A model generated the notes under the pieces. It was not told where the DNA came from. It made no database searches and saw only the letters and a program-made list of their open reading frames with translations. From Schmidtea nova (Eukaryota), in the NCBI GenBank assembly GCA_044892505.1, contig CM097882.1:522164001-522228000 (forward strand): a stretch of DNA of 64,000 bases. Reading direction: 5' to 3'. The position numbers and the translations under genes were made by a program. Of the stretch, positions 48,987-60,100 are shown one piece after another; the first letter of the stretch is position 1, and every line of letters begins with the position of its first letter.

Positions 48987-49598
48987 CTAAAATTAAAAAT
49001 TGTTATAAACAGATCAAATTATTTTAGGTTTTTCGCTGAATTATTGAATAAAGTTTTTAAATCTGATATTTGTTGTGATTTCTAACGGCAGATGCTTTCA
49101 TTTGACTCTGTCATCAGTACTATGAAAGAAACTTAGACCAAGACCCAGAATCGAACCAGTTGACTTTTTGACCAGAACAAAGCAGAATTTGACCAATCAG
49201 CCATAAGGCTATATCAAATATTATCATTAACATCTCTTATTTTTATCATTGATATTTTCGTTTCTATTTTAGAAAGTTTCAATATTTTTTATGAAGACTA
49301 TAGATCAATATTTTTTATAAAGGATTTTAATGTGATTTTTTCATCACCTTTTAAAAAAATATTGATCTATAGTTTTATAAAAATAATATATTGAATATCA
49401 CAACTTCTGTACCACTCTGAATAAATGTATAAAAATACATTTGATATCTTACAAATCAGGGTGCGTATAAGCAAGTCGTATCATCCCCGTATCACACTAA
49501 ATAGGTACAATTACAGTTAAAGTTTTAATTGGCATAAAATAGTGCTGAGTAATTAAATAGAATAAAATCATTTTTGGTCGGAATTTTTTTTATATTAA

Positions 49599-49790
49599 CC
49601 CCTTAAGCGGTTATGCCGTATATTTTAGTCATTGTAACGCTTATGACTTATATATTCGCATCATAAATTTACTTTCGATTCTTAATGATCGTTCCTAGTA
49701 ATAGAAAATCTAGATATTGGTGCGAGGAATGTAAAATGATATTATGTTCAGCTCCATGTTTTTAAATTTATCATACCAAAGAATACATTC
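49599..49790 (+). mobile_element. piggyBac-like deletion remnant
   Basis: TTAA-CCC terminus followed by a degenerate Cys-rich C-terminus RYWCEECKMILCSAPCF...YHT. Confidence 0.55.
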
Positions 49791-49868
49791 TATGTTATCA
49801 AATCTGTTTCTTTATGAATAAATATAATATTTTTCACAAAAATATAATATAATTACAATACTATAACT

Positions 49869-50173
49869 CAGTGGTTCCCAAAATGTGGGTCGCGAAAAAT
49901 TTTGATATTTAGTTGTTCGTATTAGTTGTGTGCTTATTAATTTTCTTTTAATTAATTTGAAGCAATATACAAGTAAATTTTGAAGATGTTATTGTTAAAA
50001 AAGAAACCAAGCTAATTCAACTCACGCATCCTCTGAATTATGCTTAAATATGTGCTTTTATTAAATATAGAAATTAAAGTTTTTATTTGTTTTCCTTGTT
50101 TTTTTACAAGTGGGCCGTGAAACTTAACGGTTTTAATAGCGGATCTAGACTGGTAAAAGTTTGGGAACCACTA
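49869..50173. mobile_element. hAT (Charlie-like) MITE, 305 bp
   Basis: TIRs CAGTGGTTCCCAAA and TTTGGGAACCACTA; 8-bp TSD CTATAACT/CTAAAACT (7 of 8 match). Confidence 0.8.
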
Positions 50174-50307
50174 CTAAAACTTCTTCATCTTTGTAGTTTT
50201 TATTTCAGTTTTTTATAAGCTGTTATAAATATAAACTAAAATAATAATTATTAATATCAATAATTCCCATAATGGATGACTGTAGATCAAAATTTCTTTA
50301 AATAAGT

Positions 50308-50340
50308 ACACAATATTTCGGCACAGCCTTTATCAAGTGT
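50308..50340 (-). ncRNA. Putative minimal type I hammerhead ribozyme (intact copy in a half-palindrome)
   Basis: Reverse complement identical to the 13432-13464 and 31445-31477 motifs. Confidence 0.65.
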
Positions 50341-51584
50341 GTAATTGTCGTGCAGAATGTAAAACATAATCATAGGGAATGAATAAAATGGATATGACAT
50401 GCAAAAATAATAATTTAACGGATAACGAACAAAACTTTCATCTGATGGATATGACGAATTTATATGCTAGCGAATATACCACTTTGTGCAATGCAACATA
50501 CAGCTTAACGTGTTAATTGTATTTATATGATAATAAATGGCTTAAATAAATAATTACAAAGATTAATTTCGAAAATTTTTAAAGCAATTATTTTATTTAT
50601 AAATTTATTCTTTCTCATTGAAATTGAACCAAGACACAATGATTAACATTCAACTTTAAGAAATCACACATATTATTCAGTAAATATCATTATTTGGAAA
50701 AATTTTTTTAATATATACGCTGATACAATGAAAACTGAAAAACAACATTTATCAGTAAATAAAATTTAATATTTCCTTAAAAAACACTTGTGCGGTGTGA
50801 AAGAAAAAAGCAATTTATTTACTCTATTCTCTTTCTGATATTTAGTAGATAATTTTGTCTATATATTGTTAGACCAAAAACAATTTAAACCATTTTATCA
50901 GTGTATAAAAATTTTTAAAAAATGTAAAATAGTATCAATTGAGAAGTTTGGTACAAGCCAAAATCCCTGAACAAACTCGAAGCGGCTTGGTGGTGGATAG
51001 TTCAGATTCTGCTGGGGTATGCTAATAAACTCACAACGTTTTATTCCGAGTGCAATCGAGTTTCTTACATAGTACTGATGAGTAAAATAAACTCTAATAT
51101 GTTTGCAATTAGAAACCGCATCGACAATCACATTAAAATGTTATTAGAAGAAAAAAAAATTTGAGAATTTTTGGTAATCACGATTGTATATGGACAAATT
51201 TAGAAGGCGATTTAAATGATAATTCGCTCTATGTTTTTCCCACATATAGCTATGTTGTCATTAAATACTTTCACGCTGTACTCAGATTTTATCTCTTAGC
51301 AAATCAAATAGACTTAATCAAAATGAACGTTGATATTTTCTATTTTAAAGTATAGAAAATATATCTGAGCATATTATGAGTTACGCTTTTGCATAAAAGA
51401 ATATAGAGAATGATTATTGTGTTGTATTTTATCATTTTATGATGTAGCAAGACTTTACGTTACATTTTCCTAAATTTTAATTCGTATCACTAACATTTGA
51501 CATCTTGTACTGACATAGTAGTAGAAGTAGTAGTAGGATGTGTCTCAATTATATAATGACGTACTAATTGACCTTAACCTTTTA

Positions 51585-51586
<2 letters not shown>

Positions 51587-51622
<36 letters not shown>
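51587..51622. repeat. (TA)n microsatellite
   Basis: Perfect TA run. Confidence 0.98.
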
Positions 51623-51624
<2 letters not shown>

Positions 51625-52527
51625 ATGACTTCATATTTGACCTTTGACATATGGCGTTATATTTGACCTATTACATTATAATTGACCTCTAACTTATTAT
51701 ATCACTTCTGAATTTTGACACCAGTTGTCCATTAGTTGCTATTCAGCGACATACGTAATCATTTAAACAAACGCTTATTAAATTACACACATGGTTACTC
51801 ATTTTCACAACGAGTTCACAATTACTACCCACTCTCATAACATCTCAGATTTACTTCCCACCCCACACTCACACCCCCTGTACCACTGAATATAACCTAA
51901 GAAGAAGTGAATAATTAAAAAAAAAATTTAATTTAACCTATTAAAGCCCAGATTTTTAAAAAATTTTTTTTGTAGAAATAGATTTAATTGTTCATCAAAA
52001 CGAAGTAAAAATTACCAAAAGAAATTTGTTTACTACCTGTAGGGATAAACTTGATAATATCGGTGGTAGTAAAATGACGACCATGGGTCTTAAAAGTAAC
52101 TAAATAAATTAATATTATGGGCATTCAAAGCTTATTGGTTTAGAGTCGTGAACACCATGGGTGCTAATGGGTTGATAAAACCACTGCATTGAAGTTAATT
52201 TTATTTTCATTTCTTTTTTAGACTTTTTACCGGCATTTTGTATAAAATATATAATAAAATATTGATTAAAGTCTAGAAAAAGAAATGAAGATAAATAAAA
52301 AAATCAATGATGGAAAAGATGAAGGTTTACCTACAAGTCCATTTTTACTGTGGATATTCGTTAGAAAAGTCAGACTGGGTTCGAGTCTGTGTGGGATCAA
52401 TTTTTTTAATATGGTACTAATAACATCGAAATAAGCTCGAAAGCGCCTGTCATTAGAAATCGCATTATAAATACATCATTTTAAGTAGTTTTTTTCTTTA
52501 AGAGCTAGCAAAAAATCAAAACCTTAC

Positions 52528-52637
52528 GACAGAAACTTATCCCTGCTCATCATAAGATCGGCGGATTCCTCCACCAATAAATGCAGGCATTCTTTAATCC
52601 GAAAATCAGTAAAAGGAATACCAGAATTCACAATTGC
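52528..52637 (-). CDS. GLS: Glutaminase exon (AIVNSGIPFTDFRIKECLHLL...MSRDKFL)
   Basis: AG acceptor and GTAAGG donor; 110 nt, phase 0/2 fits the next exon; aligns with the GLS N-terminal region ALKSTGLRTSDPRLKECM. Confidence 0.88.
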
Positions 52638-52690
52638 CTATTTAAATCAAATGTCAATCAAAAAAAATATTAAAAAAGAACTATAATTAC

Positions 52691-52798
52691 TTTTCTAACA
52701 TCATCTAGATTCACTTCAGGAGTATTTAAATCTATCAAATACTTTTTATGTTTTGCTGTATTAACTGTATTACAAAATAATCGATTTCTTGAAGTTTC
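52691..52798 (-). CDS. GLS: Probable glutaminase 5' exon (ETSRNRLFCNT...VNLDDVRK)
   Basis: Open, AG/GT bounded, 108 nt, phase 0 donor joins the next exon across a 53-nt intron; weak homology. Confidence 0.55.
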
Positions 52799-53715
52799 CT
52801 AAAAATTTCAAAAAAACAAAAAATTAAATAATTACCTCAATTTAAAACGGAAAATGAAATTAAATCTATGCAAAACATTTAAAATTTTCATTGCATATAA
52901 AAATCAACAATATTGAATAATATTAGTTACAAATTATTATGATATTTAACCTACAAATTGAAGAATTAGAACAAAGGCAAATAACAATAAAATTAAGTTT
53001 TATTTTTAATTAAATTACATATATTTTAAATTTTGAATTTTGACAAATAAATAATTTTCCAAACAACTTTATAATAAAAGATTATATTTTAATATTTGAG
53101 AAAATATAGTAATTGTTAATAAATAATTATTTTAAAATTTATTTTTGTTAACCTGTTGGGTTTATTTTAAAAAGTTAAAATTGTGTAATTCACCCAATAC
53201 AATTGTTGGGCAAAACTAAACCCAAACAAGTCTTGTTTAATTGAAACGGTAATGCAGCATGTAGAGAGCATGCAAGATTGGAACCATAAGCGTTTTCAGA
53301 AAACATCAAGTAAACACAGAAACACAATACAGAATTATTAAAACACGTTTTAAAAGTTAATTGAACAAATTGGAAGTAAACACGTAAAAAACACAAAAAT
53401 AACATAAAACTGTTGGGAGGTATGGGTGTTGTTATAAAAATTATTTATGATTTCTAGAGATTAATACAACCCCTACCGCGACATAAATACTAATTTACCT
53501 CACTCATGTACCCATAGTTATTCCCTAACAGTTAGGGCCTAACTAACTATGTTGGTACTGTACACGGTGGAGAGAATTAAGTGATAAGGTGAGCTTCATT
53601 GCCGAAACTACTCCTCACTATATTCTCTCTTTCGGGTTCTTGCTGCCGATAGAAGGACTTACGCATCTGCTTACTTTTCAGTCCTATCACATGGTGGGTT
53701 ATTTGTCAGAAGATT

Positions 53716-55121
53716 GTCAAATCCAAAAATATACAATACCTGATATAACACCTAGATATTAGAATCATCTCACTGAGATCAAAAAAAGGTCAGATCTACA
53801 CGGAGTATCCCACCTCATCGAAGACAAAGACTTTATTCCAAAAACAGAATGGATAACTAACAATGAGGGAATTAAAACTCATCCCCATCAAATCACAGAA
53901 TACAAGAAATCCGATAAAGAAAACAAAATCATGTTCACCAGACAAAATGTTGAAAAATTTACCAAACAACAAATCACAAAAGAATTATTTCATACCATCA
54001 GAAGATTCTTCTTGACCACAATCAAATACAACTTCAAATGCCCAAAAGATCGAAATACTACCTACGAAATAATGGATGCGTTTATACATCAATCAGAACA
54101 TCAACATGATTAAAATAAAAGAAAAGGCTTGCACACCAAGATTGGGTCATTAACCTCAAAGGAAGTCCAAAAAATCCAAGAATCTATTGAAGACACATTA
54201 CATCTGGAATCCCTCCAGAAAATAATTAACCAATACCCATTCGAAAACCAAGAAGAGCTAACAAGAATTGCTAATTTTTTCCAATTTTACACACACAGAA
54301 ACATCATCGGGATCACAAGAAGCTTCAAATTTCAAAAAACAATAACGCTACTCTCAGAAAGAAATCATACGGAACTATCAATAGAAGATCCAATTATCAA
54401 TCAAAACCTTGAACCAGCAAATTTCCATGAACAAATGGAAATCCAAGAACTTCCTAATAGAGAAATCTCTGAAACCCCACATAATGCTATCCGAATAGAC
54501 TCTGACGATGATTCAAACTTCAAAATAATCACAAATGCAACTATCAAAAACCATACTCTGGGTATCTCAGAAACCTCCAAAGAAACTGAAGAAAAAACTA
54601 CCTTCAAAAAAACTTCAAATGAATCACAAGTTGATAATATTACCCAACCACAGATCAGCAAAGAGATTAGAAAGAAATTAAACTCTATAATTGCCAAAAA
54701 AGAAGAAAACCTAAAACTTTTCAGATTGATCGACCAAATCTATAGAGAAAGTATTAATAAAGCCAAAATAAAAGCAAATTATGAAAATCTAAATTCATTC
54801 AACAGAGCACAAGAAACATGGAATCAATTAATAGATGAAGATAACATATTAGTAGAACAGTTCCAAACCATCTATGATGAAGCAGATTACAATGACAATC
54901 AGAGCATTAATATCCTGAACAATATCCATAATAGATATTTTTCAGCAGAAGAAAAAATCAACCAAATAGTTGATGACTTAGACAAAATAGTAAATGACTT
55001 TTTGCAGCAAATACAAAACCCAGTGACTAAGATTAGCGCACCCATCGAAAACTTAATGCCAAATGAACAAATGAAGACATCAAAAAGAACAAAGAAATCA
55101 AAGACAAACAAAGCGTTCTAA
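53716..55121 (+). pseudogene. A/C-skewed unknown ORF, possibly ORF1 of a non-LTR retroelement
   Basis: ORFs 53931-54113 and 54129-55121 are in one frame separated by a single TAA; strong A/C strand skew; no recognisable motif. Confidence 0.35.
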
Positions 55122-55389
55122 TCGCTTCTAGGACATTTACCCCCCGGACAATTCCCCCCGGACGATTACCCCCGGACAATTACCCCCGGACAAAAAACCC
55201 CCAGGACAATAACCCCCGTGCTAAAAACCCCCCGTGCTAAAAACCCCCCGTGCTAAAAACCCCCGTACAATCCCCTCATAAAAAAATATAGATTAAAATA
55301 TTTATTATAATTGTTAAAAAAAACATATTTTTATGAAAAAACAATCACAAACAATAACCAAAAAATATTAAATTTGAATATAAATTTAA

Positions 55390-56760
55390 TTAAAAGGATA
55401 AATTATACGCTATTCCACGTAGATAGTCTATAATGCTGCGATCACGGTAGCTACGGACTATTGAAAGTATTCTTATATTTGCATCTGCATACTTCTTTCT
55501 CGACGTCTGGGATGAATGACCGGCCAGCATTTGAGCACAGTGCAATTGTTGCAGAGCTTGTTCTCTTTGGATAAATGAAATAAATTTCCAAATGGTAGGA
55601 TGGTAACTTCCTACGTTGGACTGAAAACTTCTATGCCATCCTTCCACTGCATTATTAGTTTTTGGTAATTCATATTCGGCTCTTTGGTGCATATTCCACA
55701 TGTCTATGTTATAAGTGGATTGACGTCGTCCACGCCGTTGTGGTCTGCCTATATAAAAATCTTCAAAATAATCTGCAATTGGTAAAACGTTCGCAGGAAG
55801 CAATTCGGCCAATGCTTCAAAAGCGCCGACTACATCTTCTGGAATCATCCGTATTTTTAATGCGAATTCAGAATCTTCCTGGTAACGCTGTTGAAGACTG
55901 TTTTCTTGAATCTTGCGGTAGATGTTCTGGCTTAGATGAAAGAAACATCCTTTTATTTGGCTGTCAGGAAATACTGTCTTCAAACTATTTATAACTGCCA
56001 ATTCAAAATCAACCATAATGCTTCTGGGCTTCAAGTTGACATTAAGAATACTTAATTGTTGAAAAAGTTCTTTATACGTATCTTGTCTTTTGTTCTGCAG
56101 TAATGCGTAAACACAAGGAATACATCGCCCATTAGCTAATGCGTGAACTGTATATAGATGCGTAAAAAGCATAGGAGCTGTTTTAAAAGTTCCATCCATA
56201 AACCAGTGAAATGTTGATTCCAAAAGTTTTAAATTGTTATCTGTTCCAAATATCAACTTTCTATTATTACTATCTGTACCAGAATCAAACAGAAGAAAAT
56301 TTTGGCCATCAGTTGTTACTTTATAACGTTCAGGAATTACGATTGCGTCAACATTCAGTGGCACTGGTAAAGGGTTGTTGACAACTTGACGCTGACGTCT
56401 AATATTACGACGTAAATGATGTAATGTTGTCAGCTTTGCTTTTGCACTTTCACTTATTGTAGAAACAGATTGCGTAATTATCTGCTGAGGCGTTTCTTCA
56501 GTTTCTTCTGCTAATCTTTTCATTTTTTGAACTGATTTCAGCACTTCCTTTTGTGCTGGATCTGGACCATGAGAATGGTCATTAAAGCGCCCCACAAGAT
56601 CTTCACCACGAACTTTAATTTTTGCTTTGCACTCAGCCTTGTTACGCCTTTTTTCACATTCAAATGAGACAACCCCATGAGCCAAATTTTTCTGCTTCAC
56701 ATATATATAACCTTCGAAAACTACTTTTTCCGCTCCTCTATTTGATTTCAGAAATTCCAT
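55390..56760 (-). CDS. FLYWCH-MULE transposase, 456 aa
   Basis: N-terminal FLYWCH-type finger (GYIY...FEC...EC...HSH); catalytic FMDGTF, MVDFE, CFFH, NAVEGWH; uninterrupted. Confidence 0.92.
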   Translation of the reverse strand: MEFLKSNRGAEKVVFEGYIYVKQKNLAHGVVSFECEKRRNKAECKAKIKVRGEDLVGRFNDHSHGPDPAQKEVLKSVQKMKRLAEETEETPQQIITQSVSTISESAKAKLTTLHHLRRNIRRQRQVVNNPLPVPLNVDAIVIPERYKVTTDGQNFLLFDSGTDSNNRKLIFGTDNNLKLLESTFHWFMDGTFKTAPMLFTHLYTVHALANGRCIPCVYALLQNKRQDTYKELFQQLSILNVNLKPRSIMVDFELAVINSLKTVFPDSQIKGCFFHLSQNIYRKIQENSLQQRYQEDSEFALKIRMIPEDVVGAFEALAELLPANVLPIADYFEDFYIGRPQRRGRRQSTYNIDMWNMHQRAEYELPKTNNAVEGWHRSFQSNVGSYHPTIWKFISFIQREQALQQLHCAQMLAGHSSQTSRKKYADANIRILSIVRSYRDRSIIDYLRGIAYNLSF

Positions 56761-56821
56761 ATTTAATTTTAATCGATGGTCTATAATATTGAATATTTAT
56801 TTTTTTTTTAAAAATCACTCT

Positions 56822-56999
56822 AAGTCACCACTTATCCACTCGAAATAGTATGTTATGAGTATTTTATTTATTTAAATTTAAAAGAATAATGAATAATGAA
56901 ATAATTCAAAAAGTCACCACTTATCCACTCGAAATAGTATGTTATGAGTATTTTATTTATTTAAATTTAAAAGAATAATGAATAATGAAATAATTCAAA
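56822..56999. repeat. 89-bp perfect tandem duplication in the MULE 5' region
   Basis: AAGTCACCACTTATCCACTCG...ATAATTCAAA twice (56822-56910, 56911-56999). Confidence 0.95.
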
Positions 57000-57125
57000 T
57001 GAAATGTTTTAGCACGGGGGGTTATTGTCCTGGGGGGTTTTTTGTCCGGGGGGAATCGTCCGGGGGGAATTGTCCGGGGGGTAATTGTCCTGTTACCTTC
57101 TAATCATGGAACCTCCTTTGTCATT

Positions 57126-60100
57126 AGATATAATCTCTTCATAATTCATAACAATTTAACAAATTAAAATATATATTTTTAAAACAGTGCCAACTTGATA
57201 ATATTTAAACAAGGTTAATTGTTGAACATCACTCTCCTCCTCTTAATTTTCTTTGAATCTCTTCAGCCATTCAATTCTTCTTGATTTGCTTGAGTTTGGA
57301 AATTGTAATTCAACTTGTCTTGGTGATAAGAATTTTAAAATTTTGTAAGGTCCTTCATATAGGATTCCCTCCTTCTTTCGTATATGTGGTTCCAAGCGAA
57401 CTAATACTTTCTCTCCCACCGTGAAAACTCGAGTACCCCGGTGTTCTAAATCTCTATTTTGCACTGTTGTAGCTGCTTTCTCTAGATTAGTTTTTTGTTT
57501 TATCCACGATTTCTTCTTTGCTTTTTTGTATATGTCCTAATCTAGAATATAAATTAATCTTCCGACCATATACAATTTCAAAAGGTGAGAAATTTGTTGA
57601 GTTTTTGTATTGTAGCATTCAAACTAAATGCAATCTTCGGTAACAATCTGCACCAATAATTTTCTGTTCTAATCTCTGTCAATGATGTTGCCAACATGTC
57701 CCGAACTGTTCTTATGATTCGTTCTGCTAAACCATTTGATTGATGTTGATATGGTGAACTTGTGGTGGGGGTTTTATTTTGTCCGGCGGGTATGTCGGAG
57801 TTTGTGGGAAAAGTTGGAAATTGCTCATAATAGCGATATAGATTATGAACAACTGATAATCAAGTCTGTAGATGAATTGGATACTTTAATCAATACTGAT
57901 TGCAACGAAAAGCCTTCTCAATGTTCACGCTGTGAAGCAGTTTTAAATAACTCATTTGAACTTTTAGCTCATTCATATACTCAGGCTGAACATAGTAAAG
58001 AAATTGAATTGTTTCAAATTTGCCCCAACTGTAGTAGATTATTTTTCAAAAAGAAAAAACAGTAAAAGCTATTTCAAAGATCATTATAATTCTGAACATC
58101 TCAAAAAGTCACCTCCTCAATGTGATGCGGAATGGATGGAAAACTGCTCTGACTTTTCGCAAGAGGATTCACAGAATTTTTGGTCTCCAATTAATAAATA
58201 AAAACATTAATTGAAATTTATCTTTATGTTGTGCCTTGACATTAATTTTCGATATTTTATCATTCTACAAATTTTGTATTGAAGCGGATTATATGTAATT
58301 TTGATTTAAGAAATATGTTTAAATGTCGCTATTAAATAACTCTGTACAAATTTTTTATTATTATTTGTTGATAAAAAAAGTTTACTTATAAAAGTATTTA
58401 TGATATTCAGATATTTTTTTATATGTTGTTTAAATAATCATTTTTTGTAATTTAGTTTTTTTAAAAAATATAAATTTTAAATTTTGAGAGATTTGTTTAT
58501 TATACAACTTGGAATTCATTTTTTTGACAATAAATTTTATCTATAAGTAAAGGAGTTTTCAGAAACAAATTAGTTTGGAATTTTAATAACATGGCTAGTA
58601 ACCTAGAAAATGGTATCAATGTAATTACTGATCAGATGGAAAACCTTGATGTAAACTCAAATGAAAATATCAATACAAATCAAAGCTCTAATATGACATC
58701 GGATTTTAATCTTTTGAGGCGGAATTAGTATCTAGAAAATATGGTCACGATGAATTCATATAACTATGATCCATTACTTTTATCTCAAAACGTTGCCTAT
58801 TTACCTGCTCAACAGTTATCTAATAATCAAATCAATTCGTGGTATAAAACCACCAAAATGGTATAAAACCACCAATTGGTGTTCTCCATCCAATCACGAA
58901 ACATCGATCCTTCAAAAATTCTTCCTCTATCTGTAAGAATGCTTTCTGGTCTACCAAAACGATATATCCAATTATTTAAAATGACATTCAAAATTGTTGA
59001 TTTATCCTGCGTACTTGTTGCTGATAAGCTGACCAATTTACTAAAACGATCTATTATCACTATCATATATTTCTTACTTCCTTTTGTCTCCATATATGCA
59101 ATAATCACTACTATCTGTTCTAAAAACCGTTCTCCTGTTCTTGGCAATAAAGTTTCCTTTGTTCTTCCTTGATCAATCTTTCTACTAGCACAAATGTTGC
59201 ATTTATTAATACATTCCGTAATACTTTGATTCATCGATGGCCAAAAGAAAAGGTCTTCTAAATAAAATAAAGTTTTATTCATACCCAGATGGCACAGTTC
59301 AATATGAAAATAATTTACCAATGTTTTTACGTACTTGTCAGGTACTACAACTGCAAGTTTTTCATCTGCATTAGTCATCAATACGTCATCTTTATATACT
59401 TGAATATACTGCTTCTGATTGTTTCATAAGATATATGAGCCTCATTTCCATTAAGATGTGATATGATTTCTGAAATAATTTTGTCTTCGTTTTGCTGCTG
59501 TTTAATAATTTTCATAATATTTGAACTTCCTTGTAGACTATTAATGTACCGAGTTCTACATTTTGCCTCTTTGGCATCCTTGTGTTTCATCTGACAATGA
59601 GCGCATATGGTATTATTTAAACGAGACATACCATCTACATTTCCATGTTCTTCTCCCTTCCTATATTGTAACTCAAAATCGTATTCAGATAAATTTGCCA
59701 TCCATGTCTGAAACTGCGGACTTATTGGTTTCTTTGTCGTGTTCATAAACGTCAATGCCCTGTGATCCGTTCTGGCTACAAATTTTCTTCCATATAAATA
59801 TTGTTTGAAATGTACGATAAACTCGTGAAGTGCCAACAACTCGTTTCTAGTAACACAATATCCCATTTCATGTGTTGTCAAATGTATTGAACCATACGCT
59901 ATTACTCCCTCAGTACCATCTTCCTTAATCTGAGATAAAACTGTACCTATGGCTCCAAAACTAGCATCCGTATCAAGAATAAATAGTCGATCTGCCCTTG
60001 GAAATTCTAATATTGCTACTTCACACAAGAGTTTCTTTAAATTGATAAAACTTTTTCTACATTCTTCAGTCCAAACAATAATTTTATTGTTTCCTGTTGT

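Larger units (their letters stand above)
55124..57097 (-). mobile_element. Mutator-like (MULE) DNA transposon, 1.97 kb, TSD TTCTAATC
   Basis: Long TIRs built from GGACAATT/ACCCCC repeats; 8-bp direct repeat TTCTAATC at 55116-55123 and 57098-57105. Confidence 0.92.

Noticed and set aside
50898-51131. 77-aa ORF (LNYPPPSRFEFVQGFW) faintly like a transposase C-terminus
   Set aside because: Too short to assign, and it does not fit the glutaminase exon chain.
52360-52410. GGGTTCGAGTC B-box-like motif followed by a T run
   Set aside because: No A box or cloverleaf could be built; at most a SINE or tRNA fragment.
55131-55265. Short GC-rich direct repeats resembling a CRISPR or iteron array
   Set aside because: No unique spacers; these are the subterminal repeats of the MULE TIR, mirrored at 57009-57090.
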